Assembly (NCBI GenBank): GCA_049591615.1
Contig: JBAWFD010000135.1
Span: 29,858 to 93,857, forward strand
Reading direction: 5' to 3'
DNA: 64,000 nucleotides
Source of the DNA: Gammaproteobacteria bacterium
Lineage (GTDB): Bacteria > Pseudomonadota > Gammaproteobacteria > Natronospirales > REEB76
Of this stretch, positions 20,856 to 30,476 are shown in pieces. Position numbers and translations under genes: made by a program. Every line of letters begins with the position of its first letter. Within the stretch, counting starts at the first letter, position 1. Under the pieces are notes generated by a model, which was not told where the DNA came from, did not search any database, and saw only the letters and a program-made list of their open reading frames with translations.

Positions 20856-20974
20856 GGATTTCTTATTTGACATGCCGGAAGCATTTTACACCCAAAGCCC
20901 GCGCTATGTGCGGCATACGCTGACAGCGCCGCTGGCTACCCCTATCATTAGCAAAGCCCTGAGCGGATAAACAC

Positions 20975-22003
20975 ATGCACACAGACTGGCGTAAGTTCCT
21001 ACAACAGCAAGGCGCACATCTTATTCCTGAAGGCATCGCCGATTACGGTGATCCCGCCGCCGAACTGCAGGCCGCACAGGACGGAACGATACTCGCAGAT
21101 TTATCCATGGAAGGAATGACCCGAGTCGACGGAACGGATGCGCGCACTTTCCTCCAGGGGCAGCTGAGCACCGATGTGCTGGCTTTGACACCCATTACCA
21201 GCCAGTTGAGTACCTGGAACAACTCCAAAGGCCGGGTCGTAACACTGCTGCGGCTCTGGGAATTTGCTGGCGCGATCCATATAGCCCTGCCTCGATCACT
21301 CACACCGTCAGTGCTGAAACGGCTTGGCATGTATGTGTTGCGCTCTAAAGTATCGCTTGCCGATTCCAGCGACACACTGGTGCATTTCGGTATTGCAGGC
21401 CGCGAAGCGCCCGGTATGCTCACTGCCTGCGGATGGTGCGCGCCGACTGAGGCAAATTCGGTCGCCGTCATGGAAGGCGCAAACCTCACACGCTTGCATG
21501 GTGATTTGCCCCGCTATGTCCTGCTGGGTGAGCCTGGCAAAATGATGCGCCTGTGGGATGCTCTCAAAGACAAGGGTGCGCGTCAGGTCGGTGATGACCC
21601 TTGGGCGCTGCTGAGGATTCTCGCCAGTGAACCTATCGTCTATTTCGAGACTTCAGAACACTTCGTGGCCCAGATGCTGGGGCTGGAAGAACTGGGCGCC
21701 ATCGATTTCAAGAAAGGCTGCTACATCGGCCAGGAAGTCATCGCCCGCGCCCATTACCGGGGTGCTGTGAAACGTCACCTTCACCAGGCTAGCTGCTTAG
21801 CAGACCAACCCATTCCACCCGGCACGCAAATACATGCCAATGTATCGGGACAAGCAGCCGGAGAGGTCGTGGATTCCCGTCATGATTCGCAGGAGAAAAA
21901 CCAAATGCTGCTCGTTATCCAGGACGATTTGAGAAACTTACAGTTGAGCCTACAAGACAAAACAGTAATCTCTCTAGTCGACCAAGTCAGCCATTGCCAG
22001 TAA
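20975..22003 (+). CDS. ygfZ: folate-binding Fe-S cluster repair / tRNA-modifying protein YgfZ
   Basis: 342 aa with the signature KGCYIGQEVIARAHYRGAVKR and a GcvT-like N-terminal domain. Confidence 0.9.
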   Translation: MHTDWRKFLQQQGAHLIPEGIADYGDPAAELQAAQDGTILADLSMEGMTRVDGTDARTFLQGQLSTDVLALTPITSQLSTWNNSKGRVVTLLRLWEFAGAIHIALPRSLTPSVLKRLGMYVLRSKVSLADSSDTLVHFGIAGREAPGMLTACGWCAPTEANSVAVMEGANLTRLHGDLPRYVLLGEPGKMMRLWDALKDKGARQVGDDPWALLRILASEPIVYFETSEHFVAQMLGLEELGAIDFKKGCYIGQEVIARAHYRGAVKRHLHQASCLADQPIPPGTQIHANVSGQAAGEVVDSRHDSQEKNQMLLVIQDDLRNLQLSLQDKTVISLVDQVSHCQ

Positions 22004-22076
22004 CAGCAACGCTTCGAAAATCTGCACTCAATTATTTTGAATATTCCGATTTCGTGATTGATCTCAGTTAACTCTG

Positions 22077-22110
22077 GCACTCGATACATGCGAGTGCAAT
22101 TTCGGATTTT
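22077..22110 (+). terminator. candidate intrinsic terminator after ygfZ
   Basis: Hairpin GCACTCG-atacatg-CGAGTGC (22077-22097) followed by AATTTCGGATTTT. Confidence 0.4.
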
Positions 22111-22263
22111 GTGAGTGATAAGTAGGCCCCCCTGATAAATTTCATTCTTGTAAAGCGGAGGTCGTCGTTGAAAGGGCCGCTTGGCGTTCAGTTGCAGCCT
22201 TTCGAGGGGTAAAATAAGTTAAATGTGGTTTGAAGTGCTGTTTCCGGCCGGAATCGTCGCTTA

Positions 22264-22528
22264 ATGCCTGACATCCTTGAATCTACTCCTTCGACTTCTG
22301 TTTTCAACCCATTGCAGCACTTCGATAATACCCGCCGGGATAGCCGCAAAAAGTACGGGCTTAGTCGACTGGATGTGCCTATGGCAGGCGAAACCGACCG
22401 GACTTAATATGAGCGAACTAGAAAGGGGCCTTAAGAACCCCAGTCAGATAATAGCTTTCAGACTCTCAGATGCAATTGGAATTTCTGCGGTTCAACTAGT
22501 AAAGAAAGTAACAGATTTTCTAGATTAG
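22264..22528 (+). pseudogene. XRE-family helix-turn-helix regulator disrupted by a 1-nt indel
   Basis: Frame A from ATG 22264 reads ...RKKYGLSRLDVPMAGETDRT and then TAA (22405-22407). The +1 frame continues MSELERGLKNPSQIIAFRLSDAIGISAVQLVKKVTDFLD*. Removing one base from TTAATAT restores GLS....AGETDRTYMSELERGLKNPS, a good match to the HTH_3 consensus (GLSQEELA..AG.SR.YIS.IERGKRNPS). Confidence 0.5.
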
Positions 22529-22694
22529 AAACTGGCTGACCATGCCGTATTAAAAACATAGTTGTATTCCAGAGTTGATATAACTTGCTTAATCAACACC
22601 CACGTCAAATAACTCACAGATTTTAATAACGACCGTGCGCACTCTTTGGATGCCGATGGACCCGGCACATTATTCCTCTCCATCAACGGCACGA

Positions 22695-25193
22695 TTAGTA
22701 GTCCAGGTTCAGCAATTCCTCATAACTCATTCTGTCGATTGCCCTCTGTGCCTGTTCACTGAGGCTGGATTTGCCGAGCTGAATGGTTACCTTGTTGATA
22801 GTACCGGTAAACTTATTATCGTCTACCTTGTAGTCATTGGTTACTACCGTGTAGAGGTCCTCGCCCACGTCTGCCGTTTCCGCGCCAAACACATTTGCGT
22901 TCGTGTGCTCAATCCGACCTGCTGCGACCTTTTTACCGTTAACGAAAATCAAACCAGTGCCTCCCATGCCGGGCTTAACTCCGTCGTAAGCAAACTCATA
23001 GCGCACCATCACGTGCCCGGCCGGCAAGCGAGTGGAACTAGCGATTGTGTAAATCTGGCGACCGAGCCAATTGTAGGCGAACTTAGGTTTACCGTCCTTG
23101 ACATAGAGGCTCCAACCGCCCATTTCCCCGCCCTGGGCGAGGATCACCCCCTCGGCGCCGGCCTCTGGAACATCAATGTCGGCCGTGATCACGAAGGAAC
23201 GATTCTTGGTGTTGATAAAAGTATCCTCTAGCATCCCAACCATTCCAGGATAGACTGTCATCTCCGTGCGGCCTTCCAACAGATCTGGCCGGCCAGCCAA
23301 GGCGGCATTGAAGCGCTCCCACACGCGATCGTCGAGCGGCAATACATGGTTTTTGACAGCCTCCTCCATGAACAAACCCTTTAGCTCATCAAGTTTTTCG
23401 GGGTATTTTGCGGCAAGGTCATGCGCGGTACTGAAGTCTTTATCTACGTCATAAAGCTCCCACTTGTCATTGGCAAATGTAGCCCGCGGCGTAATTTCCC
23501 ACGGCGCCCGGTGCACCGTGGTGGCGAACCAGCCGTCGTGGTAGATGCCCCGATTGCCCCCCAGCTCGAAGTATTGCGTGGTGTGGCGTGACTTCGCCTT
23601 CGCGTCATTAAAAGTGTAAAGCATGCTCACGCCGTCCAAAGGCTTTTGCTGAACGCCGTAGACGACCCCGGGCATAGGCAGCCCCGCTGCCTGCAACACG
23701 GTCGGGGCAATGTCAGTTATGAAGGACCACTGGGTACGCAGCTCCCCCGGGTCCTTGATGCCCTTCGGCCAAAAGACCACCATGGGCTGGCTGATGCCGC
23801 CATAGGAGGCCACCTGATGGCCCCAGGCGAATGGTGTAGCACCGGCGAGGGCCCAACCGTTGTTATACAAAATATGGGATTTCGGTCCACCGATTTCGTC
23901 AAAGTGCTTGAGCGGAATCTCAAGGGGCTCTGGCACCCCGTTGAACACTGACATCTCATTGAAGGCGCCGTTGGCTCCGCCTTGAAAAACCGAACCGTTG
24001 TCACCGGTGATGTAGAAAACCAACGTATTGTTCATTTCGCCCAAGTCTTGGATCGCGTCCAGGAATCGTCCGATTTCGTAATCAGTTTCCTCACCAAAGG
24101 CGGCATATATTTCCATGTATCTGGCAAAGACCTTCTTTTCATCGGGCGTCAACGAGTCCCAATCCTGGATACCGGGTGGTTTGGGCGCAAGCTGGGTGCC
24201 TGGGGGTACGATCCCCATCTCTATTTGGCGTGCCAGCGTTTCCTTCCGAATCGCGTCCCAGCCCTGATTGAATTTTCCCTTGTACTTGTTGAGCCACGCC
24301 GCAGACACCTGGAATGGGGCGTGGTTGCCAATCGCGGAGTAGTAAACAAAAAATGGCTTGTCGGGGGTCAAAGAATGCTGGGCACGCACCCAAGCGATAG
24401 CCTTGTTAGTAATGTCAGTACTAGCATAGTAATTGGGGTCGTTGGGTAAATTCACCCTGGTCTGGTTGTCGTACATGACCGGATGAAAGAGGTCAGCCTC
24501 ACCGGATAAGAAGCCGTAAAATCTATCAAACCCGCTATGTGTCGGCCAGCGATCGAACGGTCCGACCACGCTGGTTTCCCAGGGCCCCAGTTCGTGATCC
24601 TTGCCGAACATGGCGGTACTATAGCCGTTGAGCCGCAAAATCTGGGGCAGCATCACGACACTGCTTGGGCGCATGCCAGTGTACCCCGGGAAGCTGGTGG
24701 ACATTTCCGTGATTATCCCGAAGTTGGCGTTATGGCTATTGCGGCCTGTAAGCAGGGCCATGCGAGATGGCGAACACAACGGGGTAACATGGAAATTGTT
24801 GTAGCGCAGCCCATCCTTGGCGAGGCGGTCCAGTGTTGGCATGTGGATCGGCCCGCCGAAGGTGTCGAGGTCGCCAAAACCCACGTTGTCTAGGAGGATG
24901 ATGACCACGTTGGGCGCGCCATTAGGCGCCTTCACCACGAACCGTGGCGGGGGGGTAGCATCGCGGGCATCGATCGTGGTGATCGGGGCAGGTTCCGGCT
25001 CCGGAATCGGCAGGACTGTGCGGTTATGGGCATCAATCACGGAGACCGGGACAGGCCCCGGCGCCGAAGTTGGTGCAGGAGCGGGCGAGGCAAAGGACGT
25101 GCCTAAGGCAAGCATGATGCCTAGGCTTCCTACAACCTGTTTCATCGCTGAAATTATTGCGTCTGGTATCGAATAGTGTTTGGATACTTTCAT
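22695..25193 (-). CDS. secreted Cys-type arylsulfatase (about 830 aa, sulfatase domain plus a large C-terminal beta-rich domain)
   Basis: Formylglycine site motif TPLCSPSRMALLTGRN, metal-site start VVIILLDNVGFGD, and a signal peptide followed by a Pro/Ala linker. ATG 25193 is preceded by GAGGG. The track start at 25208 is a TTG. Confidence 0.85.
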   Translation of the reverse strand: MKVSKHYSIPDAIISAMKQVVGSLGIMLALGTSFASPAPAPTSAPGPVPVSVIDAHNRTVLPIPEPEPAPITTIDARDATPPPRFVVKAPNGAPNVVIILLDNVGFGDLDTFGGPIHMPTLDRLAKDGLRYNNFHVTPLCSPSRMALLTGRNSHNANFGIITEMSTSFPGYTGMRPSSVVMLPQILRLNGYSTAMFGKDHELGPWETSVVGPFDRWPTHSGFDRFYGFLSGEADLFHPVMYDNQTRVNLPNDPNYYASTDITNKAIAWVRAQHSLTPDKPFFVYYSAIGNHAPFQVSAAWLNKYKGKFNQGWDAIRKETLARQIEMGIVPPGTQLAPKPPGIQDWDSLTPDEKKVFARYMEIYAAFGEETDYEIGRFLDAIQDLGEMNNTLVFYITGDNGSVFQGGANGAFNEMSVFNGVPEPLEIPLKHFDEIGGPKSHILYNNGWALAGATPFAWGHQVASYGGISQPMVVFWPKGIKDPGELRTQWSFITDIAPTVLQAAGLPMPGVVYGVQQKPLDGVSMLYTFNDAKAKSRHTTQYFELGGNRGIYHDGWFATTVHRAPWEITPRATFANDKWELYDVDKDFSTAHDLAAKYPEKLDELKGLFMEEAVKNHVLPLDDRVWERFNAALAGRPDLLEGRTEMTVYPGMVGMLEDTFINTKNRSFVITADIDVPEAGAEGVILAQGGEMGGWSLYVKDGKPKFAYNWLGRQIYTIASSTRLPAGHVMVRYEFAYDGVKPGMGGTGLIFVNGKKVAAGRIEHTNANVFGAETADVGEDLYTVVTNDYKVDDNKFTGTINKVTIQLGKSSLSEQAQRAIDRMSYEELLNLDY

Positions 25194-26011
25194 TTCGGAC
25201 GCCCTCAATGATTGATGCTTTACTAAGTTTTCTCTGCTTTGATGTTATGCCTTTTAAAAACCTGCTACACGTTGATTAAGCGGGAATATCCCTACCCGCT
25301 CAGTCACGTTCCGCTGTACATTAGGCTGATGATGGACTAAGTCCAAAATTCACCCATTGCAGAGGGAAACTACTCCTAAGTCCGAGAAAGTCAACTTAAA
25401 TCTTATTACCATTTAGCAACAGCAACTATTAGTGATATTTTCTATTTCTGGTCGCGAAATATGACATAACGGATGGAAAAATTATGCAAATCGCATACCA
25501 ATAGTGATTTGACAGTCTAAGGCAACAGATTATCGCGTGGACGCAGGTTAACTGACCGTGTGGCCTGGGACATGTCTGGCGGCCATCAATATCTGGTATG
25601 GATCAGGAGAGCAGACGAACGAGGCCTACAATCGCTCAGGTAAGGATTAAGGAGCGGCTACCGTCTTTTTCTTTTGAAAATCCCATTTTTCAGCTGAACT
25701 GAGTTTTTATATTCGCTATCGGTTGGGTCTGGGTTTATATAGTGAATCTATTATAATTGGCCGTTGACCTAGATACCAGCATATCTATCAATGACTTAGC
25801 AACGAGGCAGGGCCAGCTTAGACTGAGGCGCTGCAATTAAACTCGCGGAGCCGTCATAGCAGCTTATATTAAGGGCACTGGGAGCGAATCTGGGGCGAGT
25901 TAGGGCGCATGGATACTAATCAATGACCGAGTCCGGTCCCGCGCCGCGACTGTCCGCTTCATTGAAGTCAGAATGGCCACTAATGTGCACTCTGAAGGAC
26001 TTGCTTCGGGT

Positions 26012-26128
26012 TGCAGACTCAACTGGTCGATGCAACACATTGGCTAAATCGTTCAGCCGGCGTTTCGTAGTTTAGCGTTTTCGGTGGGCGCTTATTTTAG
26101 TCTAACAATCCTGCAGTAAGTAATCTGG
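26012..26128 (-). mobile_element. relic of an IS30-family insertion sequence (3' end of transposase plus terminal inverted repeat)
   Basis: The minus strand reads TRLLTAGLLD*NKRPPKTLNYETPAERFSQCVASTS*. The tail has the same length and pattern as the E. coli IS30 transposase end ..LNNRPRKTLKFKTPKEIIERGVALTD. Plus-strand TGCAGACTCAACTGGTCGATGCAACA (26012-26037) matches my recollection of the IS30 IR TGTAGATTCAATTGGTCAACGCAACA at 21 of 26 positions. Confidence 0.6.
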
Positions 26129-27424
26129 TCAGGCCCTGAGATGCTCCATCGCCAGCGCATAAAAACCGTCTGTGCCATGACGATGCGGTAAAAGCCTCAA
26201 GGCACCATCCAGTCCATAGGTTTGTATAACTTTAATACCTTGCCGTTCGAGAATTTCGCCAGAAGGTACTGTTCGAAAATCAGGATGCGCCGCAAGAAAC
26301 GCCGAAGTTACTCCTGAATTCTCATCATCCAGCAAACTGCAGGTCGCATACACAAGACGCCCGCCCGGCTTTACTAGTTTGGAAGCCGCGGTGAGGATAC
26401 GGCTCTGAAGGGCAGTTAATTCAGCTAGATCAATCTGCTTCCACTTGATATCCGGATTGCGCCGCAAAGTGCCGGTACCGGAGCACGGCGCATCCACGAT
26501 TACCGTATCGGCTGTGCCGGCTAAGCGCTTGAGCACTGAATCCTGTTCAGTATGAATCACATGCCGTTGCACCGTATCCACGCCGGCGCGCACCAGCCGC
26601 GGTTTGATGCGGTCCAGGCGCTTGCGGGATACGTCGAATGCCAGCACCACGCCGGTATTACCCATCATGGCGGCCATCTGCAGGCTCTTGCCACCGGCAC
26701 CGGCACAGAAATCCACGATCTTGTCCTTGGGCTTGGCGTCCGCCAACAGACCGATGAGCTGGCTGCCTTCGTCCTGAAGCTCGAACAGTCCGGAACGGAA
26801 GGCCTGACTGGTGAACAACGGTCCGCGCTTGTCACGCCGCAGACCATAAGGAGAATACGGCGTGAGTGTCAGTTCATAGCCTTCTTCCCTGAGCTGAGCC
26901 TGCAGGGCTTCACGGTTGGTCTTCAGCGTATTGACCCGGATATCCACCGGCGCCGGCTGATTCAGTGCTTCAGCCAGCTTCAAAGTCTCCTGCTCGCCAA
27001 ATTGTTGGACCAGACTTTCCGCAAGCCAATCCGGAAAATTCGCACGCACTGCCAGTGGGAACTCGAACAGGTCGCGGGCACGGATACGCTCCACCAGTTC
27101 GATCCCCCCGTTAGTAAAACCGGCCTGCGACAGCGCCCGGGCACTCCAGCCGCCGTATTTCAGCAGCCAGGTGGCCGCCAGCCAGCGGGATTTATCTTCG
27201 TCGGATTCAGGTTTGTAGATGGGTTCGTACAGAGCTTCCAGTTCCCGTTTGTGGCGCAGACAGCCGTATACCGTTTCTGCGGCGAAGGCCCGGTCCTTGG
27301 AACCCATGTTGCGTTTGGCCTTGAAATACTGGTCGATGACGGCATCGGCTGGATAGGTGAACTGCAATATCTGGCCCAGCAGGGACGACGCCTGACGCAA
27401 GCGTGCGTGTGCATGCGCGGGCAT
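26129..27424 (-). CDS. RsmB/NOP2/Sun-family SAM-dependent RNA (cytosine-C5) methyltransferase
   Basis: 431 aa with a NusB-like N-terminal region, SAM motif VDFCAGAGGKS, and catalytic Cys motifs DAPCSGTGTLRRNPDIKW and YATCSL. Confidence 0.8.
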   Translation of the reverse strand: MPAHAHARLRQASSLLGQILQFTYPADAVIDQYFKAKRNMGSKDRAFAAETVYGCLRHKRELEALYEPIYKPESDEDKSRWLAATWLLKYGGWSARALSQAGFTNGGIELVERIRARDLFEFPLAVRANFPDWLAESLVQQFGEQETLKLAEALNQPAPVDIRVNTLKTNREALQAQLREEGYELTLTPYSPYGLRRDKRGPLFTSQAFRSGLFELQDEGSQLIGLLADAKPKDKIVDFCAGAGGKSLQMAAMMGNTGVVLAFDVSRKRLDRIKPRLVRAGVDTVQRHVIHTEQDSVLKRLAGTADTVIVDAPCSGTGTLRRNPDIKWKQIDLAELTALQSRILTAASKLVKPGGRLVYATCSLLDDENSGVTSAFLAAHPDFRTVPSGEILERQGIKVIQTYGLDGALRLLPHRHGTDGFYALAMEHLRA

Positions 27425-27425
27425 C

Positions 27426-27776
27426 TCAGGAAGACTTGTCCGGTTGCCAGTGGAACTTATGCATCATGCGGTGCAGGATTGGTGCAAACAACACGCCCGC
27501 GACGATGAGGAAGACTAAGCCGGCATACAGCGCGTATAGACCCGCGAAGACTTTGCCGCCGGGCGTCTGGGGCGATTCCACCGGCCCCATGCCGCCCAGC
27601 AGCATGGCGGCATTCAGGAATGCATCGCGCCAGGCCAGGTTCTCATAGTATTCATAGCCCGCCATCCCGATTAGCAGTGAGCAGAACACAAAGGCTTGCG
27701 CGAACAGGAAATGCCATGCGACGCGTCGCAGAAACTGCGGCCTTGAGAGCGGAGGATGCGTGCGTTTCTCGTACAT
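27426..27776 (-). CDS. small 2-TM membrane protein with a K+-channel-like pore loop and degenerate filter
   Basis: 116 aa with architecture TM1 (WHFLFAQAFVFCSLLIGMAGY), WRDAFLNAAMLLGGMGPVESPQTPGGK, then TM2 (VFAGLYALYAGLVFLIVAGVLF). It sits between lysS and the RsmB-like gene with 1-15 nt gaps. Confidence 0.5.
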   Translation of the reverse strand: MYEKRTHPPLSRPQFLRRVAWHFLFAQAFVFCSLLIGMAGYEYYENLAWRDAFLNAAMLLGGMGPVESPQTPGGKVFAGLYALYAGLVFLIVAGVLFAPILHRMMHKFHWQPDKSS

Positions 27777-27791
27777 GCACTTCTTCTGATC

Positions 27792-29279
27792 TCATTCCGT
27801 TTCGGGGCGCATCAGGGGAAACAGGATCACGTCGCGGATGGAAGCAGAATCCGTGAACAGCATCACCAGACGGTCGATGCCGATACCCTCGCCGGCGGCT
27901 GGCGGCATACCGTATTCCAGCGCGCGTACGTAGTCGGCGTCATAGAACATCGCCTCATGGTCGCCGGCATCCTTCTCCAGCGCCTGGGCCTTGAAACGCT
28001 CTGCCTGATCTTCCGGGTCGTTCAGCTCGGAGAAGCCGTTGGCGAGCTCGCGGCCACCCACATAGAACTCGAAACGTTCTGTCAGAAACGGATCGCTGTC
28101 CTTGCGGCGTGACAGCGGCGAGACCTCCATGGGGTAGTCGATGATAAACGTCGGAGCCTTGAGGTCGGGCTCGACGGACTTCTCGAAGATCGCGAACTGC
28201 AGCTTACCGGCACCGCTGCCGGCATTGACCGGTAATTTAAGTTTTTGGCACACGTTGCGCAGATAAGCCACATCCCGAAGTTTTTTACGGTCCAGTTTGC
28301 TGGCACTGGCGATAGCGTCTTCCAGTTTGAGGCGATGGAAAGCTGGAGCGAAATCATAGGTTTCGCCCTGGTAAGTGACCATGGCCTTGCCATTCAAGGC
28401 TTGTGCCAGACTGCGCATCAGGCTTTCGGTGAGGTCCATCAGGTCGTTATAGGTGGCATAGGCCTGATAGAACTCTAGCATGGTGAACTCGGGATTGTGG
28501 CGCGTGGACACGCCCTCGTTGCGGAAGTTGCGGTTGATCTCGAAGACGCGCTCCATGCCGCCCACCACCAGCCGCTTGAGATACAGCTCTGGCGCGATCC
28601 TCAGGTACAGATCCATGTCCAGGGTGTTGTGATGGGTGATGAAGGGCCGCGCGATGGCACCGCCAGCGATGGGCTGCATCATGGGGGTTTCCACTTCTAC
28701 GAAACCCACGGCATTCATGAAATCACGCACGTGCTGCACGATGCGGGTGCGCATGTGGAACACACGCGCTGCTTCCGGATTCATGATGAGGTCCAGATAG
28801 CGCTGCCGGTAGCGAATCTCAGTGTCCGCCAAACCGTGGAATTTTTCAGGCAATGGCCGCAGTGATTTGGTGAGCAGCCGCAGCTTGCTGACGCGCACCG
28901 ACAGTTCATCGGTCTTGGTCTTGAACAACACACCTTCGGCCGCCACGATGTCGCCCACATCCCAGCCCTTGAAATCCTCGTAAACCTCGCCGAGAGAATC
29001 TTTCTGCAGAAACAGCTGGATGCGTGCGGTGCTGTCCTGGAGATGCGCGAAGCTGGCCTTGCCCATGACGCGCTTGGCCATCATGCGGCCGGCCACATGC
29101 ACGCGTACCGGCTCTTTCTCCAGGAATTCGCCACTATGCTTGCCGTACATCCCATGCAGCTCCGCGGCTAGGGCGTCGCGCTTGAAATCGTTGGGAAACG
29201 TGATGCCCTGCGTACGCAATCTTGCAAGTTTCTCGCGCCGTTCACGCACCAGTTTGTTTTCGTCTTGTTGGTCGGTCAT
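27792..29279 (-). CDS. lysS: lysine--tRNA ligase (class II)
   Basis: 495 aa with [30 protein letters not shown] and [12 protein letters not shown]. Conserved prfB-lysS order. Confidence 0.96.
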   Translation of the reverse strand: MTDQQDENKLVRERREKLARLRTQGITFPNDFKRDALAAELHGMYGKHSGEFLEKEPVRVHVAGRMMAKRVMGKASFAHLQDSTARIQLFLQKDSLGEVYEDFKGWDVGDIVAAEGVLFKTKTDELSVRVSKLRLLTKSLRPLPEKFHGLADTEIRYRQRYLDLIMNPEAARVFHMRTRIVQHVRDFMNAVGFVEVETPMMQPIAGGAIARPFITHHNTLDMDLYLRIAPELYLKRLVVGGMERVFEINRNFRNEGVSTRHNPEFTMLEFYQAYATYNDLMDLTESLMRSLAQALNGKAMVTYQGETYDFAPAFHRLKLEDAIASASKLDRKKLRDVAYLRNVCQKLKLPVNAGSGAGKLQFAIFEKSVEPDLKAPTFIIDYPMEVSPLSRRKDSDPFLTERFEFYVGGRELANGFSELNDPEDQAERFKAQALEKDAGDHEAMFYDADYVRALEYGMPPAAGEGIGIDRLVMLFTDSASIRDVILFPLMRPETE

Positions 29280-29323
29280 TGTTAATCCCAGGAAATTGAG
29301 CCAGCCTCGGCGTATTGACTAAG

Positions 29324-30422
<1,099 letters not shown>

Positions 30423-30476
30423 GGCGCAAATTCCTGTAGTGGGCTGAAAATCAAGGTCGCTATGGTACTACAGACC

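Noticed and set aside
20645-20884. 79-aa track ORF upstream of sdhC (MLPACQIRNPCLTTRTQHRRRRLHPR...).
   Set aside because: Wrong frame. A different frame of the same strand gives the 51-aa DUF1674-type protein with its hallmark C-terminus.
21880-22089. 69-aa minus-strand ORF crossing the ygfZ stop (MYRVPELTEINHEIGIFKII...), considered as a possible toxin partner of the XRE pseudogene.
   Set aside because: Most of it is antisense to the ygfZ 3' end. I could see no similarity to RelE/HigB/ParE-type toxins.
22560-22590. GTTGTATTCCAGAGTTGATATAAC, which vaguely resembles the reverse complement of the IS30-like inverted repeat. It might have been the other end of a composite element around the sulfatase.
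   Set aside because: Similarity needs several gaps and is limited to short runs (GTTG, CCAG, TTGA). The orientation does not fit an element enclosing the sulfatase.
25925-26075. A minus-strand frame reading ..LNDLANVLHRPVESATRSKSFRVHISGHSDF.. that at first looked like the C-terminal box of a tyrosine recombinase (HDLRH...LLGHSD).
   Set aside because: The catalytic Arg, His and Tyr positions are not present, and the spacing is off. A different frame over the same DNA gives a much better, end-to-end match to an IS30-type transposase tail plus inverted repeat.
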